Of a stretch of DNA of 64,000 bases, positions 31,140 to 45,238 are shown one piece after another. The translations under genes and the position numbers were made by a program. How positions within the stretch are numbered: the first letter of the stretch is position 1; every line of letters begins with the position of its first letter. The stretch is from the human T2T-CHM13v2.0 reference genome, Homo sapiens: the NCBI RefSeq assembly GCF_009914755.1, contig NC_060928.1; one strand, 5' to 3'. The notes beneath the pieces were generated by a model, which saw only the letters and a list, made by a program, of their open reading frames with translations, did not search any database and was not told the origin of the DNA.

Positions 31140-31270
31140 TACTGGTATTATTTTTAATATAAAAGTTAGAAACTAGAGGCAAAAAGAAGTCAAGTAAATT
31201 GCATAAGCCACATAACTGGTTAGTGGAAGAATTAGGTTTTGAGCTGAAACCCTGGAGGACCTAGCTCCAA
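31140..31270 (-). mobile_element. MIR relic
   Basis: gaaactagaggcaaaaagaagtcaagtaaattgcataagccacataactggttagtgg. Confidence 0.65.
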
Positions 31271-31779
31271 AAGCCTGCTAAGAATTTCTATGCCTCGTAG
31301 AGTAGATAATTGTTAAACATGGGTTAAATGAACAACTGCCCTATTTCTCAGGATAATCATAAGCTATCGTGAAATGAGTGTATATTTCTACTCATATATT
31401 CAAAAATTGAATTTTGCACAATTAATTGAACATATTTTTTAAGTTGAATAATACCAAAATATAGTCTCCAATTTTGGTGAAAATCTATTTGGTGGTTTTC
31501 ACATGATACAGTGCCGACAAAAAAATGTAACTGTGTTTACATAAGTTATGTCAAAAATTATGTTATTTCTGTATGTAGGAGAAAAATTGCAAGCAAACAT
31601 TCAAAAATTTTCTTACATAGTGATTAATATTCAAATGTTTAATAAAGGATTTTGATGGGGTTTTCTCACCATCTTTAGACAAAATTTTAACTAGATAATT
31701 CACTTGTTGTTTAATGTACAGCAGATCAGGTTTTGTTCCGTTTAAACTTTCATTTTGAATCATGACTTCTTTTTTCATA

Positions 31780-32500
31780 CTGAGTGAACCTAATATGCAA
31801 TAAGTTCTGCGCTGGGTGTTACGGATTCAAATAAAATAAAGCAAACACTTTACTTTCCGTGAATTTTGTTTATTGAGAGAAACAGAAAAGGTAAAATACA
31901 GTTTTAAGCTATATAAAATGAAGAAGAGTAGTGTTCATGGAAAATTTTCAGAATCAATAAGAGTTAGGCATTTGAATACTGAAAATAAAGATTACTTTTT
32001 CCCCTTTTTAAAATTGTAGTAATAAGAATTTTTAATTGGACCTCCAAGAGTGTTTATTGTGATTATAGTATAGGATGTTCTAGATTAGATGTTGCACACA
32101 AATGTTGTGTAAGGAAATAGCAAAAAATGAAGTTAAATTTGTTGGCATTGGCCAGATCATGAAGAAGTTTGATGTTATAAGGATGGTCAACTTTTTCTTA
32201 AATGATAAGGGCATAGAAACTTGTAGGTTATGAATGATAAGTTTGTATTACTATTTTAATAATACAAATAATGTGAAGATAGTTAAGGATGAGGAGGAGT
32301 TTTCCAGTGAGAACAGCTGTTAGAAGGCTATTTTGGTCAACCAGAAATTATGAGATCTGTGCTAGGTTTGTTGCATTAGGTCAGAAAAAAAAAAAGGAAG
32401 AACTAGATACAACTTATTGAAAATGGATGGTTATTGAAAATGGATGGTAGAGGAAGGGAAGAAACAAACACTTAATATTAGATTCTGAACTTTGACAATT
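31780..32500 (-). mobile_element. L2 relic
   Basis: tactgagtgaacctaatatgcaa...; ggccagatcatgaag; gttagaaggctatt. Confidence 0.55.
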
Positions 32501-32820
32501 CAGAAAACAGAGCTGTAATATTTTTCTCCATTTTATTGTCCATAGAGACTGCCTTGGAATTTGCAAATAGTAGGCTCCTCAGTTGGAAGTATTAAGACGT
32601 GCTCTCTCATATAGGTAATTTGGTTAAAAATCTCAAAATAAATAAAACATTGAAACGAAGCCTCACAAAAGCTCCATTTAACATGTAAGCACATTGAGAA
32701 ATAAAGAAAACAGTAACTTTTGTGAGTTATGTAGCTAACAAATGGCTACACTGAGATTAATTCAGATCTGTATCCATCTCTGTCCATGGAAATTAATCAC
32801 TGTTGATTGATCGCTCCCTG

Positions 32821-33156
32821 TGTAGAGGATAAAATGCACCAGGTAAGGGGATGTTTTTATTCAGCTACTACAATAGGTGGAATTCTCATTTTTGAGTATT
32901 GTTTCCAGGAAAAGGAGGGAGAACTGCAGTGTAGAAAAGCAGATAAGGGAGTCCTCAGCAAGTCTTATGGGAGTCCTGAGAAATGATGAACAAGTCTTAT
33001 TTCAAGGGTGGAGACGGTTAATTAATTCACCTAATATATAAGGGCAGTGTGATCATTTGCCATGAGCTGGCTTTTGAAACACAAAAAGATGAGGGAATTT
33101 CTCAACCATCACTGCTTTCCAGAAACATCAGGCCCAGATGAAGTTGAACATTTTCA
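32821..33156 (-). mobile_element. ERV1-class solo LTR (MER89/MER90/MER67-like)
   Basis: Minus strand starts TGAAAATGTTCAACTTCATCTGGGCC and ends AATAAA...ctggtgcattttatcctctaCA. Confidence 0.6.
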
Positions 33157-34234
33157 CGTTACTCAATTAAAATAATCTGTTAAAGTAGAAATAAAAAGCT
33201 ATGTAGTGGAGACAAGTTAGTAGTTTACACTAATAGAAAATGACAATGTGTTTTAGTAACCCTAGCTATTAGTTACTCTACGTTTGTACATAATGCATAG
33301 TTTATTCCAATATCTCCACTTTTTTAAAAAAAATTATTTTTCCTAGGCTTAAAAATGTGTTGCCTGTTATGTGCTAGATGACTCCATCCTTCCATTCTCT
33401 AGAAAATTAAGGATCAAAATGCTCAAAACCAAAAGACACTTATTTCATATTTAATCTACAAATAAATAATAATAGCATCCAAACATGGATCACTATAGAA
33501 CAGAACAGAGCACTCAGAACCTCAGGGCAAACAAAGAATTCTCTCAATCTTTCATCCCACACAGAGGATTGCTATAAGAAGTTTTGTGTGTTTTAGAACT
33601 CAAATTTCTCTGTAGTCTATTATTTTTGTCTTATCTCCACTGCAAGTATTTTAGTTATGTTTTTGAATAGTTGCCTTAGTCTTATTACTTTTATTTCAAA
33701 CTTAGACTCTTCTATCCCATTCTATGTTGCCAGTTAAGTAATAATAGAAAATGTTCTTGCTTATTAAACAAAACAAAAGGAAAAAACACTTGAGTTATTT
33801 CCAATTTCTTATGCTAGAATTATAGAGTTTTACTAATGTATGGTAATATTTAAAAATATTTTACATGGGTAAAGAAGTATTTTGTGCCATGACCCTAAAT
33901 AGTTTTCCTGGCCACCTCTGGCACTATATTGTCATACTCTTAGTTCATATCATTTGTGGCCTTTACTCTGGCATCCAATATACTTGACTCCCATTCCTGG
34001 CATACAAATATCTCTCTTATCCATTTAGGGAAAGCTTATGCATTCTGAAAGACCCAGCTCAATGTTAATCTTTCTTTGAAGACTATTGCTTTGAGTATAA
34101 ATGTGCATGTCTTTTAATTTTCTCATGTAATCTCTTATTTAGCTCCCCATTCTCTAATCTAGACTGTGAACTAATTGAAGGAACAGATGATGGGGGAAGG
34201 CAGTTTAAGGAGATGATTTAGGGAATACCCTCTA

Positions 34235-34420
34235 GAGTTAATACTGATTGGATTCCACTTTTGACCTCAGTATATATTAATTAGATAACTTTGGGCAAGT
34301 CGCTTAATATCTTCAGATTTCAAATTCCTTATGCCTAAAATGAAGAAATGGATAGTACTTATCTCATAGGCTTATAATATTTCTTAATTTTATCTAGATT
34401 AATTAGAAAAATGTTCATTA
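34235..34420 (+). mobile_element. MIR
   Basis: actttgggcaagtcgcttaatatcttc...ttccttatgcctaaaatgaag...acttatctcataggctt. Confidence 0.75.
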
Positions 34421-34799
34421 TACAGGTGTAATTACCACCATCATGGTGATATTTTGTCATTTTCATCATTATTGTTATTATTTAATATTATCTTTGAATT
34501 GCTAGTACTTCATGGAGCATCTAATAATAAAAATAGTTTTTATTAATTGCTAATGATGTACCCATTGTATTCTTTTTTATTATTTATTTTTTTATTACAC
34601 TTTAAGTTCTAGGATATATGTGCAGAACGTGCAGGTTTGTTACATAGGTATACATGTGCCATGGTGGTTTGCTGCACCCATCAACCTGTCATCTACATTA
34701 GGTATTTCTCCTAATGCTATCCCTCCCCTAGCTCCCCACCCCCTGACAGGCCCCAGTGTGTGATGTTCCCCTCCCTGTGTCCATGTGCTCTCATTGTTC

Positions 34800-37700
34800 A
34801 ACTCCCACTAATGAGTGAAAACATGTGATGTTTGGTTTTCTGTCCTTGTGTTAGTTTGCTGGGAATGATGGTTTCCAGCTTATCCATGTCCCTGCAAAGG
34901 ATATGAACTCATCCTTTTTTGTGGCTGCATAATATTCCATGGTATATATGTGACACATTCCTTTATCCAGTCTGTCACTGATGGGCATTTGGGTTTGTTC
35001 CACATCTTTGCTATTGTGAATAGTGCTGCAATAAACATACGTGTGCAGGTGTCTTTATAATAGAATGATTTATAATCCTTTGGGTATATAACCCGTAATG
35101 GGATTGCTGGATCAAATGGTATTTCTGGTTCTAGATCCTTGACCAACTGCCACACTGTCTTCCACAATGGTTGATCTTCCCATTTCTCCACATCCTCTTC
35201 AGCATCTGTTGTTTCCTGACTTTTTAATGATCACCATTCTAACTGGCATGAGATGGTATCTCATTGTGGTTTTGATTTGAATTTCTCTAATGACCAGTCA
35301 TGATGAGCTTTTTTTCATGTTTCTTGACCACATAAATGTCTTCTTTTGAGAAGTGTCTGTTTATATCATTTGCCCACTTTTTGATGGGGTTGCTTATTTT
35401 TTTTCTTGTAAATTTGTTTAAATTCTTTGTAGATTCTGGATATTAGCCCTTTGTCAGATGGATAGATTGCAAAAATTTTCTCCCATTCTGTAGGTTGCCT
35501 GTTGACTCTGATGATACTTTATTTTGCTCTCCAGAAGCTCCTTAGTTTAATTAGATCCCATTTGTCAATTTTGGCTTTTGTTGTCATTGCTTTTTGTGTT
35601 TTAGTCATGAAGTCTTTGCCCATGTCTATGTCCTGAATGGCATTGCCTAGGTTTTCTTCTAGGTTTTTTATGGTTTTAGATGTTAAGTTTAAGTCTTTAA
35701 TCCATCTTGAGTTAATTTTTATAAAAGTTGTAAGAAAGGGGTCCAGTTGCAGGTTTCTGCATATGGCTAGCCAGTTTTCCAAAAACCATTTATTAAGTAG
35801 GGAATCTTTCCCCATTGCTTGTTTTTGTCAGGTTTGTCAAAGATCAGATGGTTGTAGATATGCGGCATTATTTCTGAGGTCTTATTGGTCTATATGTCTC
35901 TTTTGGTACTAGTACCAGGCTGTTTTTTTAACTGTAGCCTTGTAGTATAGTTTGAAGTCAGGTTGCATGATGGCTCCAGCTTTGTTCTTTTTGCTTAGGA
36001 TTGTCTTAGCTACATGGGCTCTATTTTGGTTCCATATGAAATTTAAAGTAGATTTTTCTAATTCTGTGAAGAAAGTCAATGGTAGCTTGATAGGGAGAGC
36101 ATTGAATCTGTAAATTACTTTGGGCAGTATGGCCATAGTCACAATATTGATTCTCCCTATCCATGAACATTGAATGTTTTTCCATTTGTTTGTGTCGTCT
36201 CTTATTTTCTGGAGCAGTGGTTTGTAATTCTCCTTAAAGAGGTGCTTCACATCTCTTTTAAGTTGTATTCGTAGGTATTTTATTCTCTTTGTAGCAATTG
36301 TGAATGGGAGTTCACTCATGATTTGGCTCTCTGTTTGTCTATTATTGATGTATAGGAATGCTTGTGAATTTTGCACATTGATTTTATATCTTGAGAATTT
36401 GCTGAAGTTGCTTATCAGTTTAAAGAGATTTTGGGCTGAGACGATGGGGTTTTCTAACTATACAATCATGTCATCTTCAAACAGAGACAATTTGACTTCC
36501 TATCTTCCTATTTAAATACCCTTTATTTTTTTCTCTCGCCTGATTGCCCTGGGCAGAACTTCCAATACTATATTGAATAGGAGTGGTGAGAGAGGGGATC
36601 CTTGTTTTGTGCCAGTTTTCAAAAGGAATGCTTCCAGCTTTTGCCCATTCAGTATGATATTGCCTGCAGGTTTGTCATAAATAGCCCTTGTTATTTTTAG
36701 ATATGTTCCATCACTACCTAGTTTATTGAGAGGTTTTGGCATGAAGAGGTGTTGGATTTTATCAAAGGCCTTTTCTGCATCTATTGAGACAATCATTTGG
36801 TTTTTGTCATTGGTTCTGTTTATGTGATGGATTATATTTATTGATTTGCATATGTTGAACCAGCTTTGCATCCTAGGGTTGAAGCCAACTTGATCTTGGT
36901 GGATAAGCTTTTTGATGTGCTGCTGGATTCGGTTTGCCAGTATTTTATTGAGGATTTTTGCACTGATGGTCATCAGGGATATTGGCCCGAAATTTTCTTT
37001 TTTTGTTGTGTCTCTGCCAGGTTTTGGTATCAGGATGATACCGGCCTCATAAAATGAGTTAGGTAGGAGTGCCTCTTTTTCTATTGTTTGGAGTAGTTTC
37101 AGTAGTTTCAGAAGGAATGGTACCAGCTCCTCTTTGTACCTCTCGTAGAACTAAGCTGTGAATCCATCTGGTCCTGGACTTTTTTTGGTTTGATAGGCTA
37201 TTAATTACTGCCTCAATTTCAGAACTTGTTATTGCTCTATTCAGGGATTCGACTTATTCCTGGTTTAATATTGGGAGGGGATATATGTCCAGGAAGTTAT
37301 CCATTTCTTCTAGATTTTCTAGTTTATTTGTGTAGAGCTGTTTATAGTATTTTATGATGATAGTGTATTTCTATGGGATCAGTGGTGATATCCTCTTTAT
37401 CATTTTTTATTGTGTCTATTTGATTCTTCTCTCTTTTCTTCTTTATTAGTGTGGCTAGTGCTCTATCTATGTTGTTAATCTTTTCAAAAAACCAGATCGT
37501 GGAGTCATGGATCTTTTTAAGGATTTTTTGTGTCTCTATCTCTTTCTATTGTGCTCTGATCTTAGTTATTTCTTGTGTTCTGTTAGCTTTTGAATTTGTT
37601 TGAATTTGCTTCTCTAGTTCTTTTAATTGTGATGTTAGGGTGTCCATTTTAGATCTTTCCTGCTTTCTCCTGTGGGCATTTAGTGCTATAAATTGCCCTC

Positions 37701-38590
37701 TAAACACCGCTGTGGCTGTATCCCAGAGATTTTGTATGTTGTGTCTTTGTTCTCATTGGTTTAAAAAGCTTTTTTTTAATTTCTGCCTTAATTTTGTTAT
37801 TTACCCAGTAGTCATTCAGCAGAAGGTTGTTCAGTTTCCATGTAGTTGTGTGATTTTGAGTGAGTTTCTTAATCCTGAGTTCTAATTTGATTGCACTGTG
37901 GTCTGAGAAACTGTTTGTCATGATTTCTGTTCTTTTGCATTTGCTGAGGAGTGTTTTACTTCCAATTATGTGGTCAATTTTAGAATAAGTGTGATGTGGT
38001 GCTGAGAAGAATGTATATTCTGTTGATTTGGGGTGGAGAGTTCTATAGATGTCTATTAGGTCCACTTGGTCCAGACTGAGTTCAAGTACTGAATACCTTC
38101 GTTAATTTTTTGTCTTGATCTGTCTAATATTGACAGTGGGGTGTTAAAGTCTCCCATCATTATTGTGTGGGAGTCGAAGTCTCTTTGTAGGTCTCTAAGA
38201 ACTTGCTTTATGAATCTGGGTGCTCCTGGATTGGGTGCATGTATATTTAGGATAATTAGCTCTTCTTGTTGTGTTGATCACTTTACCATTATGTAATACC
38301 CTTATTTGTCATTTTTGATCTTTGTTGGTTTAAAGTCTGTTTTATCAGAGACTAGGATTACAACCTGTGCTTTTTGTTTTGTTTTGTTTTCCATTTTTTT
38401 GGTAAATATTCCTCCATCCCTTTATTTTGAGCCTAAGTGTGTCTTTGCATGTGAGATGGCTCTCCTGAATACAGCACACAGATGGGTCTTGATTCTTTAT
38501 CCAATTTGCCAGATTGCGTCTTTTAATTGGGGCACTTAGCCCATTTAAATTTAAGGTTAATACCGTTATGTATTAATTTGATCCTGTCAT
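34800..38590 (-). pseudogene. ORF2: L1PA7 ORF2 remnant
   Basis: Fragmented ORFs 37700..38065, 36512..36973, 35909..36376, 35519..35815 and 34880..35191 match ORF2p; deletion of roughly 35 bp at 35174. Confidence 0.9.
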
Positions 38591-38653
38591 TATGATGCTA
38601 GCTGGTTATTTTGCCCGTTAGTTGATGGAGTTTATCTATAGTGTTGATGGTCG

Positions 38654-39687
38654 TTACAATTTGGTATGTTTTTGCAGTGGCTGGTATCAGTTTTTCCTTT
38701 CCATATTTAGGGCTTCTTTCAGGATATTTTGTAAGGCAGGCCTGGTGGTGACAAAATCTCTCAGCATTTGCTTGTCTGTAAAGGATTTTGTTTCTCTTCT
38801 ATTTATGGAGCTTAGTTTGGCTGGATATGAAATTCTGGGTTGAAAATTCTATTCTTTAAGAATGTTGAGTATTGGCCCCCACTCTCTTCTGGCTTATAGG
38901 GTTTCTGCAGAGAGATCCGCTGTTAGTATGATGGGCTTCCCTTTGTGGATAACCTAACCTTTCTCTCTGTGCTCTTACCATTTTTTTTTCCTTCATTTCA
39001 ACCTTCGTGAATCTGACCATTATGTGTCTTGGGGTTGCTCTTCTCAAGGAGTATCTTTGTGGTGTTCTCTCTATTTCCTGAATTTGAATATTGGCCTATC
39101 TTGCTAGGTTCGGGATATTCTCCTGGATAATATCCTGAAGAGTGTTTTCCAACTTAGTTCCATTCTCCCCCTCACTTTCAGGTACACCAATCAAACGTAG
39201 GTTTGGTCTTTTCACATTGTCCCATATTTCTTGGAGGCTTTGTTTGTTCCTTTTCATTTTTCTTTCTTTTTTCCCTAATCTTGTCTTCACTCTTTATTTC
39301 ATTTAGTTGGTATTCAATCTGTGATATCCTTTTTTCCACTTGATCAATTCAGCTATTTATGCTTGTGTATGCTTCACGAAGTTCTCGTGCTGTGTTTTTC
39401 AGCTCCATCAAGTCATTTATGTTCTTCTCTAAACTGGTTATTCCTGTTAGCAATTCCTTTAACCATTTTTCAAGGTTCTTAGCTCCCTTGCATTGGGTTA
39501 AAACATGCTCTTTTAGCTCGGAGGAGTTTGTTCTTACCCACCTTCTGAAGCCTACTTTTTTCAATTTGTCAAATTCATTCTCCATTCAGTTTTGTTCCCT
39601 TGCTGGCGAGGAGTTGTGATCCTTCGGAGGAGAAGAGGCATTCTGATTTTTAGAATTTTCAGCCTTTTTGTGCTGGTTTTTCCTCAT
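38654..39687 (-). pseudogene. ORF1: L1PA7 ORF1 remnant
   Basis: Fragments MRKNQHKKAENSK..., MENEFDKL... and KRPNLRLIGVPE, with frameshifts. Confidence 0.9.
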
Positions 39688-41021
39688 CTGTGTGGATTTA
39701 TCTACCTTTGGTCTTTGATGTTGGTGATCTTTGGATGCAGTTTTTGTGTGGACACCCTTTTTGTTAATGTTGATACTATTCATTTCTGTTTGCTAGTTTT
39801 CCTTGTAACAGTCAGGCCACTCCACTGCAGGTCTGCTGGAGTTTTCTGGAAGTCCACTCCAGACCCTATCTGTCAGGGTATCACCAGCGGAGGCTGCAGA
39901 ACAGCATAGATTGTTCCTTCCTCTGGAAGCTTTGTCCAAGAGAGGCACTCGCCAGATGCCAGCCAGAGCTCTGTCTGTTCAACCTTGCTGGGTGGAATCT
40001 CCCAGTCAGAAGACACAGGGGTCAGGGACCCACTTGAAGAGTCAGTCTGTCCCTTAGCAGAGCTCGAGTACTGTGCGGCAAGATCTGCTGCTCTCTTCAG
40101 AGCCAGCAGGCAGGAAAATTTAAATCTGCTGAAGCTGTGCCCACAGCTGCCCCTTCCCCCAGGTGCTCTGTCCCAGGGAGATGGGAGTTCTATCTATAAG
40201 ACCCTGACTGGGACTGCTGCCTTTCTTTCAGAGATGCCCTGCCCAGAGAGGAGGAATCTAGAGAGGCAGTCTGGTTATAGTGGTTTTGCTGAGTTGCGGT
40301 GGGCTCCGCCCAGTTCGAACTTTCCCCCTGGGGCTTTGTGTACACTGTGAGGGGAAAATCGGCTTCTCAAGCTTCAGTAATGGTGGACACCCCTCCCCTC
40401 ACCAAGCTCGAGCATCCCAGGTCAATTTCAGACTGTGCTAGCGAGAATTTCAAGCCAGTGGATCTTAGTTTGTTGGGCTCCTTGGGGGTGGAATCCACTG
40501 AGCTAGACCACTTGGCTCCCTGGCTTCAGCCCCCTTTCCAGGGTAGTGAATGGTTCTGTCTCACTGGTGTTCCAGGAGCCACTGGAGTATGAAAAAAAGA
40601 AAAAAAAACAACTCCTACAGCTAGCTTGGTGTCTGCCCAAATGGCTGGCTGCCCGATTATGTGCTTGAAACCCAGGGCCCCCGGTGGTGCAGGCACCCAA
40701 GGGAATCTCCTGATCTGTGGGTTGTGAAGACCACAGGAAAAGCATAGTGTCTGGGCCAGAATGCACTGTGCCTCATGGCACAGTCACTCATGGCTTCCCT
40801 TGGCTAGGGGAAGGAGTTCCCGACCCCTTGCACTTCCCAGGTGAGGTGATGCCCCACCCTGCTTCTGCTCGCCCTCCATGGGCTGCACCCACTGTCTAAC
40901 CAGCCCCAGTGAGATAAACCGGCTACCTCAGTTGGAAATGCAGAAATCACCCACCTTCTGTGTTGATCTCGCTGGGAGCTGCAGACTGGAGCTGTTCCTA
41001 TTCGGCCATCTTGCCACCCGC

Positions 41022-41180
41022 TGATGTACCCATTGTATTCTAAATATTTTGTAATATTAACACATTTAACCATCACAACAACTTTATCAGTTCTGTTCTT
41101 ATTCCCATAGTGCAGGTGAGGAACTTGAGGCATGAAGACACCAAATTGCAGAGAATTTAAACCCAGGCAACCTGACTTTG
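41022..41180 (-). mobile_element. MIR split by the L1PA7 insertion (other piece near 34522-34573)
   Basis: catttaaccatcacaacaac...attcccatagtgcaggtgaggaacttgaggc. Confidence 0.7.
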
Positions 41181-42189
41181 CCACTCTTGTAAAGAGTCAA
41201 TATAGTTTAGTGCCTCAGTAAAAAATGAAATGTTTGATTATGAATGAATTTATCAAGTGAGGTTTGAATATGACCAAAATTTAAGGTAACTAATCCTGTG
41301 TCTTATACTGTGACTATTGAGTTTATAATTAGCAATATAAAATTAAGGATATTGACTCTGTAAGTATTTGTTCCATAAAAGCCTAATGATCAGATTAGAT
41401 ACTTAACCTGCATTTCAAGTACAGATTTAAAATAAACAAGGGAACAGATAATTTACAGCCAGTTAATATGAAGTGGGTCATATGATGTCCTAGTTATTAT
41501 AGACCTAAGGTGATTGGACACTTGGTATGCAAAGGAGTACCTTCTATGGAAGAGGAATCATCAAATATGAGAAACTGTGCCATTTCAGAAAATCAGATTA
41601 AATTTTTGAAAAAATTCTATGGAAATTTTTGGAAATGATTAAGTTTTGTCCATCTAAAATGGAAAATACTGTTTTTAGTGATATAGTTTTATTCTTTTGT
41701 GTTCATTATATTAAGATTTATTTTCATGAAATTCATTCAAATTATTGTTTTCAATTAATCTACTGAGACCCAGTGTTTGTCAAAAAGAGGCTTAATTTTT
41801 ATGTCTGCATTTTAGACAGATTTATAACATGATCTATAAACCATAGATCTCTCACATTACTCATTTGAAGAACTGCATGATTTTAACACTTATAAATGTA
41901 GAGATTAGGAAGAAAGAAAGAAATCCATTAAATCCAGTGATCACTATTTATTAGAGACCTTTTGCTGCTTAAACAAAACCTATAAGACACACCCACTATG
42001 TAACCATAAAAATTAAATATAAAAAGCAAAATGAATGAAAATGTCAACAAATTTTAAATATTTAAAAGCGTACTATTCCTCAGTTCTATATTAGCTGTTA
42101 ACACGTAAAAGTAGCAAAATAGTTATGTATTAGTATTTAAACTCATGATATAAAGATATATATCATATTTGATTACATTACCAATATTA

Positions 42190-42350
42190 TCATATTTAGT
42201 CTTTACAAATCTATATTAGATAGCTCATATTTCCATTTCCCTTTTAGAGACGATGAATTTAAGACTTAGAATGATTTATTATTCTCAAAAGAGTACACAC
42301 TGAGTTAATTGGCAAAGCCAGGATATGAACCCAGATATCTTGACTCAAGA
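42190..42350 (-). mobile_element. MIR relic
   Basis: ttggcaaagccaggatatgaacccagatatcttgactc. Confidence 0.65.
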
Positions 42351-44017
42351 GTAATAAAGGTTTTATTGGCCCCTGTTATTCTTGGGGAAAGCCATTTCAA
42401 TTCTTACTAAGTAAATATAATCAGGTTTATGTTAGCTAAATTATTAAAATGAATAATTTAACTCATATGTGTTCTTTTTTTCTGATAAAGTAGGTAGAAA
42501 TGCTAGATTATGAAATCTTGGATAATAGAAGAATAATTTCAAAGAACATCTATAAGGGTGTCCTATTGTCAGGATGGGCACATTTGAGGCACTGCACTCT
42601 TGATTAGTTGAGATGAAAACAAATATCTGTCTTTTCAATACTTGCAGTTTCCTTTCTAAGTTTACCTATTTATTCAAGTGTTTGTTGATTTACTCCAAAA
42701 ATAAATTTGCATACATATACATGCTAGGACTCTGCTTGAGCAAAAAGGTTACTTAGAAATGTCATTTTTGACATACTTAACCAAGTGTTGAAGTGTTGTT
42801 GTGAGGAATTATAACTTTCACATTCTGTCCAAGTCATTTTCCTTTGTCATCCTAACTTTTGGTCTTGTCCTTGTTGTTTCCCTGTTGTGATTTTTCCCCT
42901 CTGTTTGGTGGTTGCTGTCTTGTTAGTGAGCTATTATGCCAAATGAATGAACAGTTATTCTCTATCTGTAATGCTTAAGGTTTATATTTTAGGCTCAACA
43001 ATGTATTTTGAAGGTCTTTGCCTTTCTCTTTGCTCGCTTTCAGTTTCATCTGCTTCGTAGAAAGATTCTCTCTAATCTGGGTACTCTCAGTATACTGTGT
43101 ATTTTGCTGATGAGACACTGCTTTAAGAACATTCTGGTACCTGGTGAAAGAGAGTAGCAGCTAACTTAAATATTATAAGAAAAGTTTTTTCATTCTAAAG
43201 ACTGAAATTTTCTCTCTTTTCCTACAACAGTTAGGGATTTTAAACAATCTTATTCCTACCTTATCCAGGTTATAGTAGAATTGGAATTTATAAAAAGGGC
43301 ATATAAAATAGGACTCATAGATGAAAATAATATTGCTATCATACCATAGACATCAAAGTCCTTAATGATTATTTAATTATTTTGTATCATAGGGAAATAT
43401 TAATATTTTAATCAAATGTTAACAGGAAAAAAAGAAAAAGGTCATACTCAGATATATAAACTCTTCCTCACCAACTTAACAATTGAATGTCCCAAATTAT
43501 ACAACAAAACATGATGGAAAAATCAGTAGGCATATTCAGATAATAGACTAACCAAAGGAAAAAAACCAATTAACTACTCACTGGGATTCTGTAAATAAAT
43601 AAAAATAAGTGGAGCACACTTTATCTAAAAGATAAGACTTTTTAATGTGGTACCAAAAAGATAATTAACCAGTATGTAAACTATTTAAATATTTAGCATT
43701 TCTTCTACTTCCATTGCATAGAACTGTGGCTTTTAGTGTTCTTATTCTGTACTAATATAATATAGTGTAAATTGACAATGGATTAATAGATATCCTTAGA
43801 TATAGAAACAGTATGTTCCTAATTTGCTAAAAAAAATGTGAAATGTGCTACGCTAGGCTGTATTTAAGAAACTTAGAATGCAACTGATGATTAAAAAATA
43901 ATCACTACTTAAATTTATCATTCTTGCTCAGCAATTAATTACTTCCATTACATTTAACTGCAAATAAAAATAATTTGGCTTTATTAGCTTCTTGGATATT
44001 TTTGCTCAAATGTCTTT

Positions 44018-44105
44018 TATATATATATGTATATATGTATATGTATGTATATGTATACATACATATACATATATGTATATATGTATATATATATATATAC
44101 ATATA
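44018..44105. repeat. (TA)n/(TATG)n microsatellite
   Basis: Directly visible. Confidence 0.95.
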
Positions 44106-44554
44106 AAATCACAAAGAGAAAAAAAGGAAAAAACCCTATAACTAGATAATATATTCTTGTGTTGTTTATTGAAGAGAGAAAAGAATAACTAAAAAACTCC
44201 TAGGATTTAGAATAGTTTTCTTTATTAATAATCATTTATAATGCTTTTTACTTCTTTGGCTATAAAGGAATAGGCTATTTCTTCCTCTTAATATAGCTCA
44301 TGCCCCTGTTCCTTATCTGCTCTGTGGCCTTTCCCCCAACATAGATTTGAGAAAGAACAGAAAGTGTCCAATCACCCCAAAGCTCTGTACTAGTCACTCA
44401 CTTCTTTATGTTCAGGTATCTGGTTACCCTCTTCCACTTTGGGTTCAAACACCGACAGTTGTTGTCAGGGACTCACGTAACATAACGTTCCCTGGCAAGT
44501 AATGAGCCCCGGTATGAAGACCTCAGCCCCTCACCATCTTTTATAACACTGTCT

Positions 44555-45040
44555 AATTTGTTCACTCAAAATATTGAGTACCCCCTAAGTCTCATAAACT
44601 GTTCTAGATCATGGGGCAAAATAATGGAGATATGAGCATCCTTTTCCTTGTGCAATTAATATTTTTGTGGGTAGAGAAAGGAGATACGTTAATATTTAAG
44701 ATAATTTCAGATAATAACAAATGCAATAAAGAGCACCAAAGGATGTGAGAGAGACAGGCAACAACATCTTCTGAAGATGGCATAACAAGATGTTATCACG
44801 AATAACAAATTTATGTTGATATAACAAATAGAAGAAATTAGAATCTAGAAAAGGGTTTTTCAGGTTTTGGAGTTTCTCCATGGAGGTGAAACAGAACTGC
44901 ATTGTCAAAGTGATAGAAGGTAAGCCAGTGTGGCTGGCATGAATTGAATGAGAGTGAAGTGTTGAAAGTAAAGTTAGAAATGTAAGTGTCACCACGACAT
45001 TTAGGCCCCTAGAAGCAATTATAAGGTAACTTCAATGTCT
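44555..45040 (-). mobile_element. L2 relic
   Basis: ttcactcaaaatattgagtacccc...actgttctagatcatgggg; aagccagtgtggctgg. Confidence 0.65.
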
Positions 45041-45207
45041 AGTGGAAGTTAAGAATTACCTTTAAACAGACTTCAATTAAGCCCTCAGGGAAGACCACCA
45101 TCTGTTCTCCAGGGTGTGTCAAGATGAAGAATATTTAAATTCATTTTTTCCAGTTACACCCCACACACCTCAACACACGTACACCTATACTTGCATTCAT
45201 AGTGTAG

Positions 45208-45210
<3 letters not shown>

Positions 45211-45238
<28 letters not shown>

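Larger units (their letters stand above)
34574..41021 (-). mobile_element. Full-length L1PA7-like LINE-1, inactivated
   Basis: Minus-strand 5' end ggtggcaagatggccgaataggaacagctccagtctgcagctcccagcgagatcaac; PA7-type 3'UTR; poly(T) at 34574; perfect 20-bp TSD tgatgtacccattgtattct at 34554-34573 and 41022-41041. Confidence 0.93.

Noticed and set aside
32414-32447. 17-bp tandem duplication (similar ones at 12985-13010, 49953-50001 and 58806-58890)
   Set aside because: Ordinary slippage duplications
32826-32848. Strong splice donor CAG|GTAAGG suggesting a micro-exon
   Set aside because: Falls within the antisense end of an ERV1 LTR; no independent support
43205-43270. Strong acceptor tttctctctttttcctacaacAG
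   Set aside because: Only a weak downstream donor (CAG|GTTATA); no exon can be defined
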